In this document: one piece after another, positions 34,496 to 42,142 of the stretch
How the letters are laid out: each line of letters starts with the position of its first letter
Position numbering within the stretch: the first letter of the stretch is position 1
Assembly: GCA_019912885.1 (NCBI GenBank)
Contig: JAIOHV010000140.1
Coordinates: 23,706 to 87,705, forward strand
Source: a bacterium
Lineage (GTDB): Bacteria; Lernaellota; Lernaellaia; JACKCT01
DNA length: 64,000 bases
Direction: 5' to 3'
Program-made: the position numbers and the translations under genes
Notes under the pieces: model-generated
Database searches by the model: none
What the model was told of the DNA's origin: nothing
What the model saw: the letters and a program-made list of their open reading frames with translations, nothing else

Positions 34496-36001
34496 ATGAA
34501 ATCTCGATACCTGCTTGCGGCGTTCGCGCTGATCATTCTCACGTCGGTCGCGACGGAGCCCGCCTTGGCTCGCGTCGTCATCTTTGAGGAATTCGAAAAC
34601 GGCATTCCGTCGCACTGGTCGGTCGTCAACAACGCCGGCGAGACGTGGATCACCGGTGACCCCGATCTCGAGGCGGTACGCGACAGCACCTGGGACTTGA
34701 TCTTCATGACGTTCGCGAGCGTCGACAACTACTACACGAATTATGGCGTCGCGACGGATTCGGACATCATTTCCAACCTCGTCGATCTGACCGGGTTCGA
34801 AAACATGGAGATCACGGCGTCCATCGACGTTTTCTCGCCAACAAGCGATGTCGCTGCGGCGCTGTATGTCGAGGCGGACGGGGGCGGCTGGCAAGTTATG
34901 GTCAGCGGCACGGATGACCAGATCGACGATTCGCTTTTGGAAGTCGATGTGTCCGACGAACTCGACGGCATGCCGGACTCCCGCTTTCGCTTCGGATTCG
35001 CGACGACCAACAGCGCGGGCGGATGGTTCGCGATCGACAATGTCCGACTTGGCGGCGATTGCATCGCGGAGGTCAGCGACACGATCATCGAGGACGACGG
35101 CACTTCGGAAATCCCGGTCGCACCTGCGCTTGGCATCGCCGTGGTGGTCTGCGTGACCCCGGACACCTACCCCGCGTATCTCACCGGTGTCGAAGCGTTC
35201 TTCACCGCGCTCTCGCAGGAGGGCAGTCAGGTGGAATATATCGTGTATTACGATCCGGACAACGACGGGCCCCAGACGGGCGATCCGCGTTGGGTGGATT
35301 CGGGTTTCGTGCCGACGGCCGACACCTGGAACTTCGTCGATGTGTCGGGCGAAGGGGAGTTTCTCGTCCCGCTGACGTCCGGAGCGTTTTGCGCCGGCGT
35401 CCGTTTTCCGGCGGGCCTCGGTACGGAATTCCTCGGGGTCGACAGCGCCGATCCGGACGGCCATTCATGGATTTCCAACGGGGATCAGACGACGTGGGAG
35501 AACTTCGACACCGTCTTCACGCCCTCGCGCGACGCGATGATCCGGCTCGAATACGAGTACTGCGCGGTTTCCACGACAACCACAACGACATCCACGACAA
35601 CGACGACCGGCGCGACGACGACAAGTACCGGCGGCACCACGACGACAACGGGCGCCACGACGACAACGGGCGCCACGACGACGACCGGTGCCACAACCAC
35701 GACGGGGGCGACGACGACGACCGGAGGGACGACGACAACGACGATCCCCGGCGATGACGACGATTTTGATGACGACACGGCGGACGACGACACGGCGGAT
35801 GATGACACGTCCGACGATGACACGTCCGACGACGACACCTCCGACGATGATTTCGACGATGACTTCGACGACGACTCGGATGACGATGACGATTTCGACG
35901 ATGACGTCACGCCGGACGACGACGCGTTCGAGGACGACGACGACGATTCACGTGATTCGTCGCGTCGCGACAACGACGACGAAAACTGCTGCGGGTGCTA
36001 G
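34496..36001 (+). CDS. Secreted paralog of 32366..33775 (same N-domain, poly-Thr/poly-Asp tail, C-terminal CCGC)
   Basis: Signal peptide MKSRYLLAAFALIILTSVA, VIFEEFENGIPSHWSVVNN, VDLTGFENMEIT, TPDTYPAYLTGVEAFF (compare PDRYPAYLMRIEAFH). Ends ...DNDDENCCGC*. GGGGAGGG SD before ATG 34496. Confidence 0.8.
   Translation: MKSRYLLAAFALIILTSVATEPALARVVIFEEFENGIPSHWSVVNNAGETWITGDPDLEAVRDSTWDLIFMTFASVDNYYTNYGVATDSDIISNLVDLTGFENMEITASIDVFSPTSDVAAALYVEADGGGWQVMVSGTDDQIDDSLLEVDVSDELDGMPDSRFRFGFATTNSAGGWFAIDNVRLGGDCIAEVSDTIIEDDGTSEIPVAPALGIAVVVCVTPDTYPAYLTGVEAFFTALSQEGSQVEYIVYYDPDNDGPQTGDPRWVDSGFVPTADTWNFVDVSGEGEFLVPLTSGAFCAGVRFPAGLGTEFLGVDSADPDGHSWISNGDQTTWENFDTVFTPSRDAMIRLEYEYCAVSTTTTTTSTTTTTGATTTSTGGTTTTTGATTTTGATTTTGATTTTGATTTTGGTTTTTIPGDDDDFDDDTADDDTADDDTSDDDTSDDDTSDDDFDDDFDDDSDDDDDFDDDVTPDDDAFEDDDDDSRDSSRRDNDDENCCGC
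35651..35722 (+). repeat. In-frame 18-nt tandem repeat (GATTTT x4)
   Basis: Units at 35651, 35669, 35687 and 35705 (ggcgccacgacgacaacg and variants). Confidence 0.85.
35768..35842 (+). repeat. In-frame 15-nt tandem repeat (DDDT(A/S) x5)
   Basis: Units at 35768, 35783, 35798, 35813 and 35828. Confidence 0.85.
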
Positions 36002-36010
36002 AAACCCGAC

Positions 36011-36041
36011 GCCGCGGCGATCGAGCCGCGGTGGCTTTTTT
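36011..36041 (+). terminator. Rho-independent-type terminator after the CCGC gene
   Basis: gccgcggc (36011-18) / gccgcgg (36025-31) stem, 6-nt loop, then tggc + tttttt (36036-41). Confidence 0.45.
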
Positions 36042-36047
36042 CCCGGG

Positions 36048-36794
36048 ATGACGCCGATGACGTGGGCGGCGCGAAGGCTTTCGCTCACCGCGCTCGTTGT
36101 GTTTTTCGCCGTTGGCGCGGCTCCAGCAAGCGCTCAGGTGCGCCGCCCGGCGCCACCGCCGTCGGCCGCGATGTCGCGCGATGTCACGGGCTTTTTCATG
36201 ATCGAGGCGGGCGTGACGATTGCCCCGTCGGTCGGCATCGAAACCGACGGCGCGGCGGCCCGGTCCGTTTCCGGCGCGCAGGCGAACATCCCCGGATTTT
36301 CGGCCGCCCTGTTCCTCATCCCCACATGGGGGCGCAACGGGCTCACCTTTGGCGCGTCCTACGACCTCACCGGCGGATCATTCGAACATCGACTCGAATC
36401 GGACGGTGAACAACGCACCGTGGAAACGGATTTCGGCATGGCGCAATTCGCGGCGCGCGCCGGGTACGTGCGTTATTTCGGGCGCTACCGCTGGTTTCCG
36501 TTCGTGCTCGCCGACGCCGGTCTTGTGTGGGAGCGTGTGCAAGTTTCGTTTGGGGAGGGCGACGAGGAAACCGTGCACCAGGGCCGCGCGAACACCGGGG
36601 TTCTTGGCCTCGGGGTGGGCATCCTGCGCGCGGCGCAATCGACGACCGCTGCTTACGGCATCGAGTTAAAGGCGGACATCTACCCGTTTCCGACGACGAC
36701 CGATCACCCGGACGTCTTTGACCGGCACGACATGACGATCGCGCATCCGGCCATCGTCAAGCTGCGTTTTCTTGCGGGGTGGGGAAAGCTGTAG
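36048..36794 (+). CDS. Outer-membrane beta-barrel-like protein (tentative)
   Basis: Signal peptide ...VFFAVGAAPASAQV, then alternating hydrophobic/polar beta-strand pattern with aromatic girdle residues. The upstream part of ORF 35688..36794 is an out-of-frame read of the Asp-rich gene. Confidence 0.5.
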   Translation: MTPMTWAARRLSLTALVVFFAVGAAPASAQVRRPAPPPSAAMSRDVTGFFMIEAGVTIAPSVGIETDGAAARSVSGAQANIPGFSAALFLIPTWGRNGLTFGASYDLTGGSFEHRLESDGEQRTVETDFGMAQFAARAGYVRYFGRYRWFPFVLADAGLVWERVQVSFGEGDEETVHQGRANTGVLGLGVGILRAAQSTTAAYGIELKADIYPFPTTTDHPDVFDRHDMTIAHPAIVKLRFLAGWGKL

Positions 36795-36822
36795 GATGCC
36801 GCCGTCCGTCCGGCCGGCGGTG

Positions 36823-37242
36823 TTACGCGTAGGGATTCCGAATTCGCACGGCGTCGATGACCTGACCGTCGTTCAGATCCTCCGTCCAGAGCACCTTCGC
36901 GCCGACCTGCTTCGCGGCCTGGACGTTCATGGCGTCCCATATGCTGATCCGGTGGCGGCGCGATATTTCGATGGCTTGAAGGACGTCGCCTTCGTTCGGG
37001 ACGAAGACGAACCATTGTGCGGCTTCGGCGACGATCAACGCCGCCGTTTTCTCGTCCATGCGCCTTTTCAGTTTTCTTGTGAGTCCGTTGTAGAGCTCCA
37101 GCAGAATCTGCGTACTGATGGCGCCGATCGAATTGTTGGAGATGCGTTCTATCAGCTCGATCGAAACGCGTTGCTTGCCTGGCGAATTGGCGTCATGCGC
37201 ATAGATGAGAACGTTCGTATCGACGAACTCAATCGCGCTCAT
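36823..37242 (-). CDS. vapC: PIN-domain ribonuclease toxin (VapC-like)
   Basis: FVDTNVLIYAHD (first acidic residue), ...WDAMNVQAA..., TEDLNDGQ. 14-nt overlap with the upstream RHH gene. Confidence 0.8.
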   Translation of the reverse strand: MSAIEFVDTNVLIYAHDANSPGKQRVSIELIERISNNSIGAISTQILLELYNGLTRKLKRRMDEKTAALIVAEAAQWFVFVPNEGDVLQAIEISRRHRISIWDAMNVQAAKQVGAKVLWTEDLNDGQVIDAVRIRNPYA

Positions 37243-37528
37243 GGAGTTCGTCTCGCGTCCAGGGAATCTGCTCGTTCAGGCCCAGGTTGAACCCTTTTTT
37301 CATAAGTTTGAGCGAACGTTTCATCGCCGCGCGATATTTTTCTTCACGGTCGACCAGATTTTCCATCAACTCCGCGACATAGTCGGACAACGACATGCCG
37401 CGCTCGATCGCGATGTGGCGCAGGCCGCTTAGCATGTCGGCGGGCAGCGAAAGCGTGATGTTCTGGTGTTCATCCTTCGCGCGAGACCCGGCGTCCTCGT
37501 AGGATCGCGCTGTGCGTTGGGCGCTCAT
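37229..37528 (-). CDS. Ribbon-helix-helix antitoxin (VapB/CopG-like)
   Basis: ITLSLPADMLSGLRHIAIERGMSLSDYVAELMENL is an RHH pattern. Lies immediately upstream of and overlapping the PIN gene. Confidence 0.7.
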   Translation of the reverse strand: MSAQRTARSYEDAGSRAKDEHQNITLSLPADMLSGLRHIAIERGMSLSDYVAELMENLVDREEKYRAAMKRSLKLMKKGFNLGLNEQIPWTRDELHERD

Positions 37529-37767
37529 TTGCGTTCGCTCCCCGTTTTGGGGGTTTTGGGCTGAGCGCGCTTTTTGCCGCGCGCGCTTACGGCCACCTTC
37601 CGGTGCGCTTCCATGGCGCCGCGAAATTGCGGATCGCGATTCATCCGATCCTGCACCAAACGCGCGACAAGGCCCGACACGGAGGTCTCGCGTTCCACCG
37701 CCAGGTGGCGGACCTGCTTGAGCAACTCCTTGGGAACCTTGACGGTGACGTTCTTCTTACGCTGCAC
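37525..37767 (-). CDS. Second ribbon-helix-helix protein (GTG start)
   Basis: VTVKVPKELLKQVRHLAVERETSVSGLVARLVQDRM. 4-nt overlap with the next RHH gene. The rest of ORF 37525..38052 upstream of GTG 37767 has no support. Confidence 0.55.
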   Translation of the reverse strand: MQRKKNVTVKVPKELLKQVRHLAVERETSVSGLVARLVQDRMNRDPQFRGAMEAHRKVAVSARGKKRAQPKTPKTGSERK

Positions 37768-37939
37768 GATTCGCCTCCTGTTCGCGAGCAGAATAGCACG
37801 AAATCGTCGTTCTCGTGCATTCGCGATGTCGTGAAGTCGTGATCTCGTGATCTCGTACGATGGCGAGGAAGAGGAAAAGCAAAACGCGTAGGATTCGATC
37901 TCCTTCGTGTTCCTCGCGTCCCTGGCGGCGCCGAAAAAC

Positions 37940-39529
37940 CTAGATTGCGAAATCGCGCGCGTCGTCGGGAGCGGCCGACGCGCTTTTGCCCGCATCCTTG
38001 GACGAAAGCAGCGCGGACAGGCCCTGACCCTCGCGCCGGAAGGTGAACACAAGATCGTATTCGTACGCGAGCGCCGTGAGCGGGTGCAGGTGGTCGATCG
38101 ACGGGAAGCGGAACAGGAAGCGCTCGCCTCGCCCCAGCGCCTCGATGAACGCGGGGTCCGCGTCGAATTCCACGATCGCGTTCTCGCTTGTCATATCGAC
38201 GAGGTTGGGCTCGGGCCACTGCGTGACGGCATCCGACAAACGCACCACGCGGCGCGCCGATCCGAGGCTCTCGTTGGTGGCGCCACGGATGATGCCGCCG
38301 CCGGCAACGCGGCCGTTCGCCGCGATCACGAAGCGGCCGAGCTTCACGTTTTCGTCGAAGGCGTCCGCGGCGACGGGGCGCTTCAGGCGAAGGCGTACGT
38401 TGGCGGTTTCGGTGTTGTGGATCTCGGCCGCGTCGCGCTCGAGCACCTCGAGCGTGGAGGAGTCGATGCGCTCTTGCACGCTTGCCAGCTCCGCCTCGAC
38501 CGACACGGTCGCCAGGCGCAGTTCGTATTTCCGGCCGCGCACGAGCGGATCCCGGCCGAGCCAGAACAGGCTTGCGGAGATTTCCGTCGCGGCGAACGGC
38601 GCGGTGGGCGGCGACGCGATGACGTGCCCGCGTTCGGCGAACAGCTCGTCAACCAGCGTCAGCCCGACGCTTTCGCCCGCGCCCGCGGACATGCGTCCGG
38701 CTGTCGGCCAGCCCTCGATGGATTTCACGCGCGTCGATTTGCCGGTCGGCGCGATCGTCACCTCTTCGCCCACGCGGATGGTTCCGGACTCGACGCGGCC
38801 GACGTAGATGCGTTTGCCGTCCCACTTGTAGATGTCCTGGATGGGCAGGCGCAGCGGCGCGCGTTGATCGACGATCACGGGCAGGAACGCATCGAGCGCC
38901 TCCACGAACGTCGGGCCCGAATACCACGGCGCCTTGTCCGTGCGGGAGGCGATGTTGTCGCCGGTCTTCGCGCTCATCGGAATCATGTAGGAGGCGACGA
39001 GCCCGACGCTGTGCAGGAAGGTTTTCACCTCGCTCGACACCTGCGCGAACGCCTTTTGCGAGAACTCCAGACGGTCGAGTTTGTTGATGGCCACGATGAT
39101 CTGCCGGATGCCCAGAAGCGAGAGCACGTAGGCGTGCCGGCGGGTCTGCTCCTGCATGCCTTCCGCCGCGTCGACGATGAGAATCGCCGCGTCCGCGGTG
39201 GAGCTGCCGGTGATCATGTTCTTCAGGAATTCCTTGTGCCCCGGCGCGTCGATGATGACGTACGGCCGCTTCTCGGTGCGGAAAAACGTCTGCGCGGTTT
39301 CGATCGTGATGTTCTGCTCGCGCTCTTCCTCGAGCGCGTCCATCAGATAGGCGAACTCGAACTCGCGCCCCTGCCGCTTGCAAGCCGCGACAATCTCCGC
39401 GTAGCGCTCCGGCGGCAGCGAGCCCGTGTCGTAGAACAGGCGGCCGATGAGCGTGGATTTGCCGTGGTCCACGTGGCCGACGATCACGATCTTGAGGGCG
39501 TCGTTGGCTCCCTCCATCATCTCTCCCAA
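37940..39529 (-). CDS. cysN: Sulfate adenylyltransferase subunit 1 (GTPase), no APS-kinase domain
   Basis: KIVIVGHVDHGKSTLIGRL (G1), DAPGH (G3), NKLD (G4), EF-Tu-like domains II/III. Sits downstream of cysD. Confidence 0.85.
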   Translation of the reverse strand: MGEMMEGANDALKIVIVGHVDHGKSTLIGRLFYDTGSLPPERYAEIVAACKRQGREFEFAYLMDALEEEREQNITIETAQTFFRTEKRPYVIIDAPGHKEFLKNMITGSSTADAAILIVDAAEGMQEQTRRHAYVLSLLGIRQIIVAINKLDRLEFSQKAFAQVSSEVKTFLHSVGLVASYMIPMSAKTGDNIASRTDKAPWYSGPTFVEALDAFLPVIVDQRAPLRLPIQDIYKWDGKRIYVGRVESGTIRVGEEVTIAPTGKSTRVKSIEGWPTAGRMSAGAGESVGLTLVDELFAERGHVIASPPTAPFAATEISASLFWLGRDPLVRGRKYELRLATVSVEAELASVQERIDSSTLEVLERDAAEIHNTETANVRLRLKRPVAADAFDENVKLGRFVIAANGRVAGGGIIRGATNESLGSARRVVRLSDAVTQWPEPNLVDMTSENAIVEFDADPAFIEALGRGERFLFRFPSIDHLHPLTALAYEYDLVFTFRREGQGLSALLSSKDAGKSASAAPDDARDFAI

Positions 39530-39606
39530 AAACGCGCGCCGCCCCGCCCGGAGCGGGGCGCGGCGCGGAAAATTTCAACGCTCAGGGGCATCTTGAGCGC
39601 GGCCGT

Positions 39607-40407
39607 TTACATGTACCCCAGCGTGCGGAGCTTCTGCATCATGTACGCCTTCTCGTGGTCCTGCGCGCGCCCGGCGCGCTCGGGCGTTTTGGTCACCTTC
39701 AACTCGGCGACGATCTCGTCGATCGTCCGGGCGTTCGAGCTGATGGGCATGTTGCAGGGCCAGCAGCCCAGGCTGCGGAATCGCTTGCCGTTGTTGGCGA
39801 AATACAAGGGGCAGACGGGGATGTTCTCCCGCTTGGTGTATTCCCAGATATCCAGCTCCGTCCAATGCAAAAGCGGATGGATGCGGATGTGCGTGTCCCT
39901 GGAAAAGGTCGTGTTGAATTGATCCCACAGCTCCGGCGGCTGATCGCGGAAATCCCACTCGAAGTTCGCGTCGCGCGGCGAAAAGAAACGTTCCTTGGCG
40001 CGCGAGCCTTCCTCGTCGCGGCGGATGCCGAGGATGACGCCCTTGAAGCCCTCGCGGTCGATCACCTGTTGCAGGCCCTTGGTTTTGCGCGCGGTGCAGC
40101 ACTCGAAGCGGCCCTTGTCAGGCGTGATCGCCTGCGCGTCGGCGTCAGCGTTCGTGTGGACGATGAGGTTCAGCCCCCATTCCCTGGCGTAATGATCGCG
40201 GAAGGCGATCAGCTCCGCGGGCTTGTAGGTCGTGTCGATGTGCACGAGCGGAAACGGTACGCGGCCGAAAAACGCCTTGCGCGCCAGCCACAATAGCGCG
40301 GTCGAATCCTTGCCGATCGACCACAGCATGGCGATGTCCTCGAAGTGCCGGAACGCCTCGCGGAAGATGTAGATGCTCTGGCTTTCCAGCGCGTCCAGAT
40401 GATTCAT
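39607..40407 (-). CDS. cysD: Sulfate adenylyltransferase subunit 2
   Basis: [25 protein letters not shown] (PP-loop SGGKDS-type), HIDT, ...RTLGYM C-terminus. Confidence 0.9.
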   Translation of the reverse strand: MNHLDALESQSIYIFREAFRHFEDIAMLWSIGKDSTALLWLARKAFFGRVPFPLVHIDTTYKPAELIAFRDHYAREWGLNLIVHTNADADAQAITPDKGRFECCTARKTKGLQQVIDREGFKGVILGIRRDEEGSRAKERFFSPRDANFEWDFRDQPPELWDQFNTTFSRDTHIRIHPLLHWTELDIWEYTKRENIPVCPLYFANNGKRFRSLGCWPCNMPISSNARTIDEIVAELKVTKTPERAGRAQDHEKAYMMQKLRTLGYM

Positions 40408-40467
40408 GGTTCTGACGGTCTCCCGAAAGTCTCGTGGATTGTCGCGTATCACTCGCACCATGTCGTT

Positions 40468-41181
40468 TTACGGCCGCGCCGGATCGTGTCCGACGTGCAG
40501 CCCGCACTCCTTGCTTTCCGGGCGCTCCCACCACCAGCGGCCCGCGCGCTCGTCCTCGCCGGGCTCGATCGCCCGCGTGCACGGCGCGCAACCGATCGAC
40601 GGATAGCCCTTGTCGTGCAGCCGGTTGTAGGGAAGCTCCCGTTCGCGGATGTATTCCCAGACGTCCTTGCTTGTCCATTCGGCAAGCGGATTGAACTTTA
40701 AAACCCCGGCGCGGTCGGGATCGGCTTCCACGAGCGGCAGCGCAAAGCGCGTCACGGACTGCTCCTGCCGCCGGCCGGTGATCCACGCCGGCAGATCCTT
40801 GATGGCGCGCATCAAAGGCTCGACCTTGCGTATGCCGCAGCACTCGTGCCGGTTCTCGACCGAATCGCGAAACGAATGCAGCCCCTTTTCGCGCTCCAGG
40901 CGTTCAACCGCGTCACGCTGAGGAAAATACCACTCGACGCGCAGGCCGAACCGCTCGGCCACGCGGCTGGCCACCTCGTACGTTTCTTCGGGAAGGCGGC
41001 CGGTATCGATCGCAAACACCCCCGCGGGTGCGTCGATTTGCGCGAGCATGTCGATGATGACGATGTCCTCCGGGCCGAAGCTGCACGCGAGCTTCAACCC
41101 CGCGCCGAAATCGCGCGAGGCCGCCGCGAGCAATTCGCGCGGGTCCTTGATGCCCTTGTATGACGCAACGTTTGACATCAT
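40468..41181 (-). CDS. cysH: Thioredoxin-dependent adenylyl-sulfate (APS)/PAPS reductase, Fe-S (APS-reductase) type
   Basis: Catalytic KECGLH tail, plus the two Cys pairs HECCGIRKVEPL and SIGCAPCT that characterise [4Fe-4S] APS reductases. Confidence 0.85.
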   Translation of the reverse strand: MMSNVASYKGIKDPRELLAAASRDFGAGLKLACSFGPEDIVIIDMLAQIDAPAGVFAIDTGRLPEETYEVASRVAERFGLRVEWYFPQRDAVERLEREKGLHSFRDSVENRHECCGIRKVEPLMRAIKDLPAWITGRRQEQSVTRFALPLVEADPDRAGVLKFNPLAEWTSKDVWEYIRERELPYNRLHDKGYPSIGCAPCTRAIEPGEDERAGRWWWERPESKECGLHVGHDPARP

Positions 41182-41391
41182 GCGTGCCCGGCGCCCGAAG
41201 GCCGTATCCGGCCCGGCGCCTTGCGCCCGTTCGCCTGCTTCAGGCGATTCGGGATCTGCTACCCAAAACCCTCGTGTCCCTCACCCCGCGAAAGCGCTCC
41301 GAAACAAGGGCACCTCGCGCCTCTTTTCCGGACTTCGGTTCGCGCGCGTGCGGTTTATAGCGCCGCTTGCGCGAGGACACAACCGACGCCG

Positions 41392-41419
41392 ACTATACTA
41401 AATTGATCGAGAAAGTCAA
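41392..41419 (-). promoter_or_regulatory. Sigma70-type promoter upstream of cysH
   Basis: The minus strand reads TTGACT, 16 nt, TATAGT (-35 at 41419-41414, -10 at 41397-41392). About 210-nt GC-rich leader to the cysH start. Confidence 0.45.
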
Positions 41420-41449
41420 GAATGATCGTCCCACAGCGAGGCGGACCAT

Positions 41450-41899
41450 CTAAATCGTGAAATTTGCTACATATTCTCTCTGCGCCTCGGCCTTATCCAC
41501 AAGGTCTTGCAGGCTCCAGTTCCCGAAAACGCCCTGCATGGCGCCGCGCGCCTCGCCCCAGACCAGCGCGAGCGTCAGATCGACCTCGTTTTGCGGCGTC
41601 AGGCCGTTTTCGCCGGCACCGGGATATTGAACGATATCGCCCTCGAAAAATTCAATGATGTCCTGGACCTTGATCTGCGAGGGCCGCCGCGCGAGGAGAT
41701 ACCCGCCATCGGAGCCTCGGCGCGAATCGACGAACCCCGCCTGGCGAAGCTGGCGGAGGATCGCCTCGAGAAAACGGATGGGGATGTTCTGCCGCTCGGC
41801 GATCGTTCCGATCTTGATCGGCGCCTGGCGCTCATGCCGCGCGAGGTGGAACATCGCCTTCAAGCCATAATAGCATTTTTGCGAAACGAGATTGGACAA
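41450..41899 (-). CDS. Rrf2-family transcriptional regulator (probable TTG start)
   Basis: SQKCYYGLKAMFHLA, IGTIAERQNIPIRFLEAILRQLRQAGFVDSRRGSDGGYLLAR (winged HTH of Rrf2/IscR/CymR type). ORF 41450..42139 trimmed to a typical ~150-aa length. Confidence 0.75.
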   Translation of the reverse strand: MSNLVSQKCYYGLKAMFHLARHERQAPIKIGTIAERQNIPIRFLEAILRQLRQAGFVDSRRGSDGGYLLARRPSQIKVQDIIEFFEGDIVQYPGAGENGLTPQNEVDLTLALVWGEARGAMQGVFGNWSLQDLVDKAEAQREYVANFTI

Positions 41900-42142
41900 G
41901 ACACTCTCCGCGCGGCGCCCGCCAATCACGATAAATTGGCGGCGCGGGAAGTCAAGGAGAAAGAGGATCGGGGATCGAGGATCAAGGATTGAGTGAATCA
42001 CAAGCGCCGGGAGCGCAGACGTCCCGCCTGCTTCGGAGACGGGCTTCACCTCTCGACGCACTCCAAAAACCACGCTCGTGTCTTCCCAAATCGGCCGCTC
42101 GCGGGACGCCTGCGCTTCCGGGAGGTTCCTCGCTCCCAAAGG

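Noticed and set aside
33430-35980. Short tandem repeats considered as a possible CRISPR array
   Set aside because: The periods are 15-18 nt with no unique spacers. All units are in frame and encode Thr- or Asp-rich linkers inside well-supported genes. No cas genes were found in the window.
35688-36047. N-terminal 120 codons of ORF 35688..36794
   Set aside because: This part is an out-of-frame reading of the Asp/Thr-rich tail of the preceding gene, and it crosses that gene's stop and terminator. The beta-barrel-like gene more plausibly starts at ATG 36048, with its own signal peptide.
37907-39922. 671-aa + strand ORF
   Set aside because: It lies antisense to cysN and cysD, whose GTPase and PP-loop motifs are unambiguous. 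It is a shadow ORF.
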